Virus record (IMG/VR): IMGVR_UViG_3300046011_001509 | Location: 1-58,499 of that record | Direction: 5' to 3' (one strand) | Source: a virus | Lineage: Duplodnaviria; Caudoviricetes | DNA length: 58,499 nucleotides | In this document: positions 8,037 through 18,800 of the stretch, piece after piece | Numbering within the stretch: the first letter of the stretch is position 1 | How the letters are laid out: the number at the start of each line of letters is the position of its first letter | Translations under genes and position numbers: made by a program | The notes under the pieces: generated by a model | Databases searched by the model: none | Seen by the model: the letters and a program-made list of their open reading frames with translations, nothing else | What the model was told of the DNA's origin: nothing

Positions 8037-8533
8037 CCGAAGCTGAACGACTGGCAGCAGAGCTGCAACGCTACGGCGTAACCACCATGAACCGATGGGC
8101 AATTGACGGGGCTTTAATGATCCGCAAGCTGGCAGCGGAGAACGAAGCACTGCGTATGCACTGGGAAACTCGGGCTAACTTTGACGCACTGCAGGCGGAG
8201 AACGAAGCACTGAAAGCTACAAGCCGAGTTGCGCAGATGGCTGTAGTAGACAAGTGTGCAGAAATCTACATGCTAAAGCAGGATAACGAATCCCTACAAG
8301 ACTTGCTGAGCGACGCGCTGGCGAATCTCAACGAGATGACAGACGCGAAGAATGCGGAGAACGAATCACTGCGCGTGGATGCGGAACGTATGGATTGGCT
8401 TGAGAACAACGCAGTCATCACATACGGGTATGAAGCCACTGTGAAGGTTGCATTCCCATTGGCAGAACTTGGACGGACAGTAGTAACGCTACGGCAGACC
8501 GTGGATGAAGCAATGAAAGGAGAACAAACATGA
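8033..8533 (+). CDS. Ead/Ea22-like coiled-coil protein
   Basis: Repeated AENEAL segments and DAERMDWLE motif. Confidence 0.65.
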   Translation: MTEAERLAAELQRYGVTTMNRWAIDGALMIRKLAAENEALRMHWETRANFDALQAENEALKATSRVAQMAVVDKCAEIYMLKQDNESLQDLLSDALANLNEMTDAKNAENESLRVDAERMDWLENNAVITYGYEATVKVAFPLAELGRTVVTLRQTVDEAMKGEQT

Positions 8534-9195
8534 AAACTACACTCAACAAAATCCGCGAGCATTTACCCTACTCCGACGGCTGGGCCAAACTACTCAAGGA
8601 CTTGGGCAAGACCGAAGCCGATGATGAGCCTCTACTTATCACAACCCTCTTAGACAACAACGGGCTGGATGATGCCCTGTGGTGCCTACGTGCCGTAGAC
8701 GGGCACCAGCGCGAAATGCGTCTGTACGCTGTGGACTGCGCTCGCAGTGTTCAGCACTTGATGACTGACGCGAGAAGCGTCGCAGCTATCGACGTTGCTG
8801 AACGCTATGCAAACGGCCTTGCTACCGAATCCGAGCTGACCGCAGCATGGACCGCAGCATGGGCCGCAGCAGGGGATGCAGCAAGGGACGCAGCAGGGAC
8901 CGCAACATGGGCCGCAGCAAGGGCCGCAACAAGGGCCGCCGCAAGGACCGCAGCAAGGGCCGCCGCAAGGACCGCCGCAAGGACCGCAGCAAGGGCCGCC
9001 GCAAGGACCGCCGCAAGGACCGCAGCAAGGGCCGCCGCAAGGACCGCAGCAGGGGCCGCAGCATGGGCCGCAGCAGGGGGTGCAGCAAGGGACGCAGCAT
9101 GGGCCGCAGCAGGGTACGCTGCAATGGAAATCCAAGCTGACTTATTGCGGATTGTTTGTGCAGAGATTGAGCAGGGAGAGCACCATGCTGACTAG
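8530..9195 (+). CDS. Imm5-like domain protein with Ala-rich tetrapeptide repeats
   Basis: GLDDALWCL...RLYAVDCARSV...AIDVAERYANG then (AAR/W-A/T/D)n. Confidence 0.75.
   Translation: MKTTLNKIREHLPYSDGWAKLLKDLGKTEADDEPLLITTLLDNNGLDDALWCLRAVDGHQREMRLYAVDCARSVQHLMTDARSVAAIDVAERYANGLATESELTAAWTAAWAAAGDAARDAAGTATWAAARAATRAAARTAARAAARTAARTAARAAARTAARTAARAAARTAAGAAAWAAAGGAARDAAWAAAGYAAMEIQADLLRIVCAEIEQGEHHAD
8840..9123 (+). repeat. Degenerate 12-bp tandem repeat (GCCGCAAGGACC-like)
   Basis: Roughly 23 units visible; opens all frames and creates shadow ORFs. Confidence 0.9.
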
Positions 9196-9769
9196 AGAAG
9201 AAGTTGTGAAGCTGGCAATGAAAGCCGGGTTTAGGCATCCAGTGCGTAGTGATGGCTACATGGGTACGGCTTTCGACTACCGAGATGGAAACGACAGCGG
9301 TGCAAGCCTTGAAGTGTTTGCCAAGGAAGTTTGGCAAGCCGCCCTCGCGCAGAAGGAATCAGATTGGAACCGCTTTCACCATGTCATGCACAAACATGGG
9401 CTGCACCCCGGACGTACTGACGATGACTTGATTGATATTCTGGATAAGGCTTTGTCTCCACGTACCGCGATGCAGAAGGAAGCGCATCGTCTTCCCGACG
9501 CCAGGGAACCGATAGAGCCTATCGGTGAAGTACAACTAATCCAGACAGGTGTGCATGACGAAGCACAAGTACGGTTCCACATGTACGGCAGCATCCCAGC
9601 ACTTGGAACAAAGCTCTATACCACCCCACCCAACCACACCGCCGTGCTGAAGATGGCGTTGGAGGCGCTTGCAACCGCACAAGAGGCACTCCCACCTTAC
9701 GGAGCCATTCGTAGGGAGCTTGATGCTGCCATCGCCGCGATTCGTGCAACCTTGGGAGAAACGAAATGA
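9185..9769 (+). CDS. Hypothetical mosaic phage protein
   Basis: MLTREEVVKLAMKAGF...GTKLYTTP...ALEAL; SD GGAGAG. Confidence 0.7.
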   Translation: MLTREEVVKLAMKAGFRHPVRSDGYMGTAFDYRDGNDSGASLEVFAKEVWQAALAQKESDWNRFHHVMHKHGLHPGRTDDDLIDILDKALSPRTAMQKEAHRLPDAREPIEPIGEVQLIQTGVHDEAQVRFHMYGSIPALGTKLYTTPPNHTAVLKMALEALATAQEALPPYGAIRRELDAAIAAIRATLGETK

Positions 9770-10038
9770 CTAACAAGGTAAGACTCTGGTATCCAGAACT
9801 TGAAGATTTCGCGCATGAGCTTCTTGGTTTGCCTGATAACTTCGATGGTGAAGTTACTGAGGTGTTGGAAGAACATTTTGATTGTGACTTTGACACGTTC
9901 ACTAAGATCATTGAAGCCGTTATTCAGTACACACCTACGCATATTTCGCCGCTGACAAAACGGTTACATCGTGGATTCATTAAGGACGGTCACTTCATCC
10001 TGAAGTACGAAGTAAAGGAGCAACACCATGAGCGTTGA
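9766..10038 (+). CDS. Hypothetical protein
   Basis: Coupled ORF. Confidence 0.65.
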   Translation: MTNKVRLWYPELEDFAHELLGLPDNFDGEVTEVLEEHFDCDFDTFTKIIEAVIQYTPTHISPLTKRLHRGFIKDGHFILKYEVKEQHHER

Positions 10039-10339
10039 ACTTGAAATGATGAACGAGGAAAACGGCAGGCTGCGTAGGCACATCAAGACGCTTGGGGTGG
10101 AGATGCAAAGGCAATCGGATTTGCTCGAAGGCTATGAGTACAACCACAGCCTGTTGGTCAACATCCTTGACGCTATCGCCACCCAGCTAAAGGGAGAACC
10201 AAAGGCAGGGTCTATGCACGGTTGGCAGGACTTGCCGGACGTGTTGAAGAAGAAACTAGATGAGTCGTGGATTGAAGGCTACAAGCACGGAGCTTGGGCC
10301 AACAAGCCGAAGACAGACGTGGAAGGACACCCGGTATGA
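10028..10339 (+). CDS. Hypothetical protein
   Basis: SD AAGGAG; coiled-coil N-terminus. Confidence 0.65.
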   Translation: MSVELEMMNEENGRLRRHIKTLGVEMQRQSDLLEGYEYNHSLLVNILDAIATQLKGEPKAGSMHGWQDLPDVLKKKLDESWIEGYKHGAWANKPKTDVEGHPV

Positions 10340-10569
10340 ACCGCACTATCGCAGCAGCACGGGCACTGTGCCGCCACGCATCAATTGAGTGCAATGTTGA
10401 TGCCGATGACAACTGGACGCACTACAGCGCCATGTTTATCAGTGATGCAAAGGCCGCACTCAAAGCGGCTGACAGCATCCTTGACCCTGACGAAAAGCTG
10501 ACGAAGCAAGTCGCAGCGCTGCAAGAGCAGGTGAACTTTTACAGAATGAAATATGGAGCAGAGGCATGA
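10336..10569 (+). CDS. Hypothetical protein
   Basis: ATGA-coupled; MNRTIAAARALC. Confidence 0.6.
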   Translation: MNRTIAAARALCRHASIECNVDADDNWTHYSAMFISDAKAALKAADSILDPDEKLTKQVAALQEQVNFYRMKYGAEA

Positions 10570-10826
10570 CTATTAAAAGACGTTGCAAAGCCTGTGGTCA
10601 GTCAAAGCCATTGACTGAGTTTTACGCAGACCAGCTTAGATATGAATCAACCTGTAAATGCAAAGTGTGCGTGAAGGCTGGGCGAAAGCCGCGCGAAGAT
10701 GTACCAGAGGTCGAACGCAAGCAAGGATCGAATCCTTGGGAAAGTCTTGGATCGGAGTGGAGTCAGCGCCAGCCATACGATCCATACACAGCAAGTAATC
10801 GCTATGGAGATTTACGCCATGAGTAA
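10566..10826 (+). CDS. Zinc-finger protein
   Basis: RCKACGQSKPLTEFY...CKCKVC. Confidence 0.65.
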   Translation: MTIKRRCKACGQSKPLTEFYADQLRYESTCKCKVCVKAGRKPREDVPEVERKQGSNPWESLGSEWSQRQPYDPYTASNRYGDLRHE

Positions 10827-11055
10827 GGGTTCTGGACGTAGGCCGGGTGAAGGATATGAGGATGGATGGAGTCGCATCTTTGGAAACAAGGATGCGGAGC
10901 GCAAGAAGAATCAAGACTTGCGTAAGCGCCTTGATGCAATGCCAGTAGAGAAGCTGCACCAGATCACTGAGCCGTGCAGCATGAAGAGCGTGTGCAAATG
11001 CGCTCATCCATTCTGTTCCTGTGAAGAGGGTAAGTGCTTGATGGAGGATGTATGA
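10819..11055 (+). CDS. Hypothetical protein
   Basis: MSKGSGRRP...GWSRIFG, Cys-rich C-terminus; SD GGAG. Confidence 0.6.
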   Translation: MSKGSGRRPGEGYEDGWSRIFGNKDAERKKNQDLRKRLDAMPVEKLHQITEPCSMKSVCKCAHPFCSCEEGKCLMEDV

Positions 11056-11360
11056 ACGTCAAAGAAGCATCCAGAACTCTTGGCATATCAACGCGAATGG
11101 TCTATGCACTTTCTGCCCCAGCAGGACCGATCCCATGCTATCGGATTGGTAGGCGTATCATTTTCGACCAGTCAGATATTTTGGAGTACCGGAAACAATG
11201 TCAATATACAGGGACAAAAAGCGCGGTTGCTTCGTATTTGAGTTCTCGCGCACCATTGAAGGTCAGAGGGTCAGGACTACGAAAAGCCTTCCTCGCGCTT
11301 GGAATCAAGCCCAAGCCGATGCTTATGACAGACAGGAGTCTGCAAAGCTCTACGCCATAG
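11052..11360 (+). CDS. xis: Excisionase (MerR-like/HTH_17)
   Basis: MNVKEASRTLGISTRMVY...IPCYRIGRRIIF; overlaps the integrase start. Confidence 0.8.
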   Translation: MNVKEASRTLGISTRMVYALSAPAGPIPCYRIGRRIIFDQSDILEYRKQCQYTGTKSAVASYLSSRAPLKVRGSGLRKAFLALGIKPKPMLMTDRSLQSSTP

Positions 11361-12166
11361 CGACACAGGTAGAGGGTGCTGACTTCTTGATTGAGGATGC
11401 GGTGGAGAAGTATGTCACTGAGAGGTGCCCTCAGTTGAAGCATGGCAAGGGCTGCGCCTTGGAGCTTCAGGACTTGATGCCGTTCTTTGTTGGGCGACCA
11501 CTGTCAGCACTGGTGGATGTGTGCAAGACCATCAGGCTGAAGGCGGTCAAAAGAAACGGTGAGCCGCTTGCGCCAGCCACCATCACCAACAGGATCAGAT
11601 ATCTGACTGCTGCATGTAGGTACGGCTGGAAGCATCACAGTATGGGCAAGCATGACCCTGCTGCCGGGGTTGTAACTCCTGTGGTTAAGAACCAAAGGAA
11701 TAACTACATCACCCGCAAGGAGATGCTTCAGGTTGCAATGCGAGTTGATAACCGGGAGGCACGGGCTGCAATCCGAGTCCTGTTTTATACGGGAATGCGA
11801 ATCGGTGAACTGCAACGCGCTGAGATTATCGGCAGCGCCTATGTCCTGAGAGACACCAAGAATGGCGACCCAAGAATCATCCCGATACACCCAAAGATAC
11901 GGTGCTGCCTAAAGTATTCAGTCCCGTCAAAGTTCACTGTGCGCTACCACCTGTACCTGCACAAAGAGGTCGTCGGGATACCTTGGGTTCACGTTCACGA
12001 CATACGGCACTCAGCCGCCACAGCAATGATTGAGTCTGGGGTTGAGGTATATACCGTAGGCGCTGTGCTTGGACACAAGTCTTCTGCCAGCACAAAGAGA
12101 TACGCGCATCACTCTATCGGGAAACTGACGGAAGCAATAAATTCAATCGGGAGGAAAGTGGCATGA
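11198..12166 (+). CDS. int: Tyrosine integrase
   Basis: TGMRIGEL, TKNG, HDIRH, LGH, RY catalytic set. Confidence 0.95.
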   Translation: MSIYRDKKRGCFVFEFSRTIEGQRVRTTKSLPRAWNQAQADAYDRQESAKLYAIATQVEGADFLIEDAVEKYVTERCPQLKHGKGCALELQDLMPFFVGRPLSALVDVCKTIRLKAVKRNGEPLAPATITNRIRYLTAACRYGWKHHSMGKHDPAAGVVTPVVKNQRNNYITRKEMLQVAMRVDNREARAAIRVLFYTGMRIGELQRAEIIGSAYVLRDTKNGDPRIIPIHPKIRCCLKYSVPSKFTVRYHLYLHKEVVGIPWVHVHDIRHSAATAMIESGVEVYTVGAVLGHKSSASTKRYAHHSIGKLTEAINSIGRKVA

Positions 12167-12366
12167 CTGAGCGATGCGATAACTGTAAGTTTCATCGGAA
12201 CATTTATTCCGACGAAGCAACTCCACCAACCGTGTACTGCAAAAGGTTCCCTCCATCCACCCCTGTTATGGAAGAAGGGGAATGGAACTGGTACACACCT
12301 GAAGTTGACGCCGATGGTTGGTGCGGAGAATGGAAGAAAGCCAAGAATCTTCCAGAGCAAATCTGA
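12163..12366 (+). CDS. Cys-rich hypothetical protein
   Basis: CDNCKF...CKRFPP...WCGEW. Confidence 0.65.
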   Translation: MTERCDNCKFHRNIYSDEATPPTVYCKRFPPSTPVMEEGEWNWYTPEVDADGWCGEWKKAKNLPEQI

Positions 12367-12404
12367 TTGCTATAGATTAAGTAGCATCAAACCCGCTTGG
12401 TTAC

Positions 12405-12451
12405 TGGAGGCGCGATCCAGAGTCGAACTGGACTAACCGGATTTGCAATCC
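12405..12451 (-). other. attP core: 3' half of tRNA-Cys(GCA) including CCA
   Basis: Minus strand GGATTGCAAATCCGGTTAGTCCAGTTCGACTCTGGATCGCGCCTCCA = anticodon arm, T arm, acceptor 3' strand; 5' half absent; downstream of int. Confidence 0.92.
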
Positions 12452-12589
12452 AACATGCGAATGTAGCACACCGCTGTAACCCGCATGGATACTGGGCTAC
12501 TGGTCGTGCATACAGCGCATAGGTGCCACCACTTGCACCCTGTTTGCCAGATATTTACCAGAGGAGTATTCCCCCTACTAGAATGCGCC

Positions 12590-12850
12590 ATGCGGTTTGC
12601 CATAGTGATTACCCTTGCCCTGCTTGGCTGCTCAAAGGAGACGCCAAAATCTAATGCGCTCAACGTTGAGCGCATTGCGCCAGAGCCGCAGCGCACACTT
12701 CAAGTGGGAACCAACCAACTCATCTCGGTACAAATCCCCGGACAAGAGTGGCACTCCACCCAGAAGTGCTACATCTTCCGCGACTTGGAGTTCAAGACAT
12801 CCAGCATAAGCTGCCCAGCCGGGGCTACTGGGAAGATCGAACCGGACTAG
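12590..12850 (+). CDS. Small lipoprotein
   Basis: MRFAIVITLALLGC lipobox; beside attP. Confidence 0.75.
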   Translation: MRFAIVITLALLGCSKETPKSNALNVERIAPEPQRTLQVGTNQLISVQIPGQEWHSTQKCYIFRDLEFKTSSISCPAGATGKIEPD

Positions 12851-15800
12851 CTTTTGCGCTTCAGCTTCGACTCCTTCTTGTACCAATCGGTATTGAAGTC
12901 TTCAGCCATCTTCTCCCGCTTCTTCTGAACCATCCGGCGCTTGAGTTCCTTCTCCTTGTCGGTTGAGTTGCTCTCAGCGATCTTGACCTCTTCCTTCTTA
13001 AGGTCACCCATCATTTCGCTAATGTTCTCGGCGTAAGCCCCCATTCCTTGTAGGAACTTCTTCTCGTCTGAGTACTTGGGCTGGATGCCTATCTTGGCTT
13101 GCGCCTTCATGTCAGCGAACTCTTTCTTCGCTTCCTTGGAGCGGTCATAGAACAGGCTCATCCCAGACTTGGAGTCGTACTCGCCATAGAACGCCTTGTA
13201 GATTGGGATGTCTCTGGTGTTTATTGGCGCATCGATTGCTCCCAAGTACCCAAGGTTGATCACATCTCCGACAAACCTACCAAGCCCACCGCCAACAATC
13301 CCCTCAAGGTTTTTGATCGTGCCGGGTTCAATGTCAACCGCACCCTTTAGAGCCATGTTCCCACCAGACACGCTATTGAGCCACCTTGCTATGCGATGCT
13401 CCACTCGACCATGATTTGTGGCAGAGACAGTTTCAGAGTCAGGCTTCTGGTCGTATGGTGACTTCTCTGGCCCAAGCTTCCTTCCGAACCCGTCAACACC
13501 CTCTCGGATTTGGTACTCAGCATCCAGTATCGTCGGCCTCCATGCTAGTGCTGCCTGATGCTCATCCCGTGGATCGAACGACCCGCCAGCAGGGTTGTAT
13601 GACCCAGCCGTGGCACTCAGCATGTTGATTGCAACCTTAACAGCGCCAACGCCTCGCGCAGGGTCTTTGACGTTCCTTGCGAGGTCAGCCAACTGATACC
13701 CCAGCACAGGGAACACGTTTAGTCCATACGCCATTGGGAACTTCATGTACCTTCCATGTGTGCCAACCTTCTCTCCAATGTCTGCACCCGGTGTCAGCAT
13801 GATGATTAGGTTCCGCTCTTTCTCAAAGTCCGGTATCTTGTCCCAGTAAGCCTGACCGTCTTCGTCATCTCCACCCACTGAAGCAGCCCACAGAGCCAGT
13901 CCCATACCGACTGACGCCATGCCAGCCATTGCGTAGCGGACCTTCGGGTTCTTTGCCATCTGGTAGATTCGCACGGAACCCTGCACCGATGCGTTGTAGA
14001 ACAGGAAGGCTGTGTTGATAAGCTGCCCCTGTTCGCCAAACCTATTGAAGTTCACCGTCAGATTCTTTGCAATCGAAGCGGCTTGAGCCGGAGTCTTGCC
14101 CATCTCTCGGGCAGTCGCATAAGCCGCCAGACGCGCAGTATTCTCCGACATTGACCCAACCAACTCCAGCCCGTGAAGAAGCTTCCCAGTAGCCCACCAA
14201 GCCGTGGTCTTCCTAGCCCTCTCCCCTGCGGCTGTAGCATAGTGATCTAGTTTGTTAATGACCCCGCTCTTGTTTGACGCATCAAATGATATGGGTGCTG
14301 CTCCAGCTTGCAACATGGCGTCACGAAGCTCCTGTCGTATAGACGCATGGTCGCGCATGAACACGCCACCCGTGGTCCCACCAGCAAAGCGCATCTCACG
14401 CATCCACTTGTCCATTGGGTGAGCTTGTGGGTCAGAGGTGTTCCTCTCAACTCGCCAAGACGCAACACCAGCAGCACCATAGTTCGCTGTGTATCTACGC
14501 AAGCCCTCTGCTCCAAGCTCGTCAAAGATTGCAGCCGCGCCCATCTGAGCGTCCCGTGCCGCATTGACCAATCCGAACACAGGGTTGTAGCGGGTAATCG
14601 TATTGCGAAGCAGTGATGTGTACACGCCAAGCGTCTTGGTCATCATCATCTCTGCATCACTTGTCTCTGCCTTGAACGTGTTCTGCATGGCGCGAAGCAG
14701 CAGCGGGTCATTGATCTTGATGTAGACCTGTTCACCACCAACCTTCACAGAGATGGTTTCGTCACCCTTGTCGAGTGTGTCAACGTACTCAATCAACCCG
14801 TTCACCTTGCGGGTGGCGCGGGTCATTGGCTGCACTTCCCATAGATTTGCATCTGGGTTCGATGTCACCAAGTCGAGGAACGTCTTGCCTACAGCGTTGC
14901 GCTCTGCGCGAATTGTGATGCGCTCGTAGTCACGGATGATGTTCTCAATGATGTCGCCAGCCTTGGAGTCACGGCCCATCGCTGCGATGGTTTCTTTGCC
15001 CTTGGTGTTGAATCCCCTGCCGAGTCCGGGGCGCACACTACCGCTGTCAGGATCGACATCTTCAAAGCCGCGCAACGGAACGTAGTTCTCGTACTGGCTC
15101 TCCAACCCATCGTACTGGTCTTGCGTAATCAAGCCCTCATCCAGCATCAGCCTGCGGGTTGTGGATGTGATTGCCAGAAGGTCCGCATGCAACTCTTCAA
15201 ACTTTGCTGCGTCTTGCGATAGTTCCACCAGTTGGATGATGTTGTCAGCTTCGGCGTCACTCATTCCAGAGCCAGTCTTCACATGCTGGTTCGTCTTCTG
15301 GATGTGAGCGTTGCGCTCTTTGGCATGTTTTGCATAGGCATAGGCAGCAAGCTCATTCAAGTCAACCTTGTACTCCACAGCCTTATTGATCAGCGGGTGG
15401 ACTACGTTGTCAGCAAAGTCTCGCAGAACCTCATGGACCCGCCCGTGCATGCGCTCTTCAGCGCGATACACATCCTGCTCTTCGCCAACCACTCCACCAC
15501 CCTCTAGCAGCAAGTCCTGCACCATCTTGACACGGTTGTACTTGTCCTGCATCACGCGCTGAATCGCTTGGCCCTTTGACTCTTCTGGAAGTCCTTGTGC
15601 TGCTGGGTATCCTTTGCGTTTAAACATTGGCACATCGACCACGCCAGACTTCTCGAACGCTGCTACCCTAGACTGCTTCAAGATATGTGCAATGTCAGCC
15701 ATATCGAGTTTCGCAAGCTGCATAAATCCGTTGTCACGCAGCCAAGACTTGATTGCACCGACAACCTCTAGCGCAAATTGCCTCAATGATCCCGTTTCAT

Positions 15801-18800
15801 TTTCCGCTATGTGCGAAAGAACTTCCTCCATAAGCCAAGCTCGGCGAATCTCACTTTGCCCTCCTGCCGCACGGTTCATGTGTTGGCTTGTAGTGATGTT
15901 GTTGGCAAAGTTCACATAGCCGTTGGTATCCAGCTTGTATTTCTGAACCAAATAAGCTATCTTCGACTCGCCAAGAGACAGCGATAGTTTGTTTAGGCGC
16001 TTGTATATCTCTGGCCCGAACAAGGCTCTAAGGCCAATGTGCCCATAAAGCTCATGGATTACAGTGGATTCAAAGTCTTCAGCAGAATGGATATTATCTT
16101 GAACGATATAAACATCACCCCTACCGAAAGTAATGCCCATGTCTCCGGGGCTAGAGACTTGCTGCACATTGACAGGCAAGTCCCCGTGAGTCTTGACAAG
16201 GTGGATGGTGTTGCCGGAACCAAGCAGACTCTGGTTGAGCTTCCCGATGAAGGCGGCTTCCTGCCCTGCCGTTATTTTGGTAGAGACTCCGCCAAGACTG
16301 GTGATTGAGCGCTTGTAGCCCGTCAGCCCTTCTTCGGAGTCCCGTACACCCGGTTCATTACTTCCTTGTCCTGCTGCGCCGTCGTTGGCTTCTGAAGTTG
16401 CAGCTTCATTCGCTCCATCGCTGCCTTCGCTTTCGGACTCAGAGACTCCTGCGCTGTTGCGCCATCCGTCGAAGATTTGTGGGTCAACATAATGTTCTTT
16501 CGTGGTCGCTAGGGTATCCCCTATTTTAGTCGCTGCTGCCTGTAAAGCCAAGTCAACATAGGCTTTGAACTCCGCTTCGTTGGTAGGCTGTGGCATGCCA
16601 TCCACAACCAGTTGCGCAGACTTCGTGGCCTGCCAAGTCCTGAAGTCATGCACCTTATATTTCTTGCCGCCATCCAGTGAATCCTTGTACTTGCGTACTG
16701 CGCGGTCTGCGGTTTTGAACAATGATTCTCCACCCATGCGCTTGGATATATCCTTTGCGATGTCGGCATTCTTAATGCTGTGACGTTGCTGTACGCCAGA
16801 CTTTCCAATGAAGTCAAACTGCGCCACATCTCCAGTCACCTTCACATGCTCTGGCCTTAGAGTGGACGCGCCGTAGGTAGGACCAGACTTGCTCATGCCG
16901 CCGCCAATGCGGAAGCCTGTGTGTGCGATCAGACGTAGGACCACGGCCTCTTCCTTGCCTGCTGTAGCGTCACGCTCAATCTGCGTCAACAGCGAGTCGC
17001 GGTCATTGTGGAAGTCGCGCATGCGCTTGAACTTCTCCACCAGCGCAGCGGCTTTCTGCTCCTTGGTGTAGCCCTTCTCTGCAACACCTTCGACATCCTC
17101 AACTGCAAGAACGTCAATGCGCTTGCGTGCGTAGGCGATTGGCTTGGCAAACTCATTGACTTCATTGGCATCAACCTTGCCCATGATGATTCCGTTCGTC
17201 ATCACGGCCCGGGCCAAAGTTGATTCACCTATCCCTGTGCCACGATTCTTTGGATCATTCAACCAACGCTGAATTCCCTTGGTTACATCCTTGCCAGACG
17301 AATCGGTGAACACTCCAGTCTCAGGGTCCAATGAAAGACGGGTCAAGCCAATCATTGTCGGGCTGTCGTTCTCGTCAATCCACTGGCTAGTGGATGGCTT
17401 GTAGGTAGCCTTGTGACTTCCATTCTCAGTAGTCGTTGTGTCGGGCAACACCTCCATCACATTACGCATATTGGCAATTGCCAAGCGCGATATGTTCATC
17501 AGATGCTCTTCTGGTGTTGATGCGTTTTCATCAAACCCATAGATGCGGTTCTGCTGTCCGGGGAGCAGGGTCGTTGAGTCACCCGTCTTGATGGCGAACG
17601 AGAATGATTGCTCAGTCCTGCGGAACGTGTTAACTGCTGAGATATTGGTATCGCAGTAAAACTTTTCCTTCTGGTTCTTTGCCCACTGACCAATCACTGC
17701 ATACACGGCGGTGCCAACGCGACTTCCTTTAAGGCCCATTGTGTTCACAGCAAATCCGTCGTCATCTGACAACTCGGAGAAGTGCGTTACCGCCAAGTAA
17801 TTGTGATTGGTTGATTTATCAATGAAGCGTATCGTTGCGTCACGAATGTTGGTGCTATCCACTGACACGGAGTACCCGTTGAATGCATCCAAATCTTTGC
17901 CTATTTGCGTGAAGTCAGTGGACGTGCTGGTCTTGTACTTGAAAGCATTCTTTGCCTTTGCCAGTTCAAGCCACGCCTTCGCTATCTTCAGGTTCGTGCC
18001 TTTCTTGTAGGCTGATGCAATGTCGTACCCCGAGTCGTGAATAAACCCGCGAACCAAGTGCGCCTTAAACAAGTTGATAGCAACGTTCTTGGTGTAGTTT
18101 GAACCATTGTCAAACCATCCAGCCGCTGCGCTTACCTTGTACTGGTCATCGCCAACCTTGGTTATTGTCGAGTGAGGGTAGGCTGCATTCGGATTCATTC
18201 CGACTGAACTGCCAACAGAGTCACCGTTAAAGTCCGGGTTTCCAAACGTGTGTGCGAATGCGCGTTCTGGGAATATGCCGTGCTGCGCCATGCTCTCTTT
18301 GGTAACAGCTTTTGGGCCTTGCGGGTTGTCGATCCTTCTGGCCCTATTCACCATCCGTTGACGGAACGCAGCCTCATCAGCAAGAGCGGAAAGTGCGTCA
18401 TCATCTGGAGAAGTGAAGTCCAAGTCTCCTATGTCTTCCTTGTCTAGCTCTTCAACCTCTATGGCGTCTAGGTTGAAATTTCCAAGGTCGCCAGTCGTGT
18501 CTTCATCGTAAACAAAGTCGTCCACCGATTTGGTGCGGCGTTTGTAGGATGGCATTTCAATTGAGTGCTTGCCAAGCAGCACGGCGAAGTCTTGATTCGC
18601 TGCCTTGTCCATGAAGTAGCCATCAAAGCCAGCATTCTTGACAAAATTCTCAAACTTGGTTTGACGCTCTTGCTCTGTTGCGCCAGTGGACATGCGGCCA
18701 AAACCCTTGTGATCTTTGGACACATCGTACAAATTGTTAAGCTTGATGATGTGCTTCACACCACCCACACCCGCTTCAGGCGTTACCCCATTGCCCCTGT

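Noticed and set aside
8840-9123. Possible CRISPR array or DGR repeat
   Set aside because: Contiguous coding repeats with no spacers; no cas or reverse transcriptase gene in the window
8686-9337. GPCC-, GPQQ-, RSRG- and LLRP-repeat ORFs in other frames (collagen- or metallothionein-like look)
   Set aside because: Shadow translations of the stop-free 12-bp repeat within 8530-9195
12405-12451. Complete tRNA-Cys gene
   Set aside because: D-arm and 5' acceptor strand are missing; better explained as the attP core
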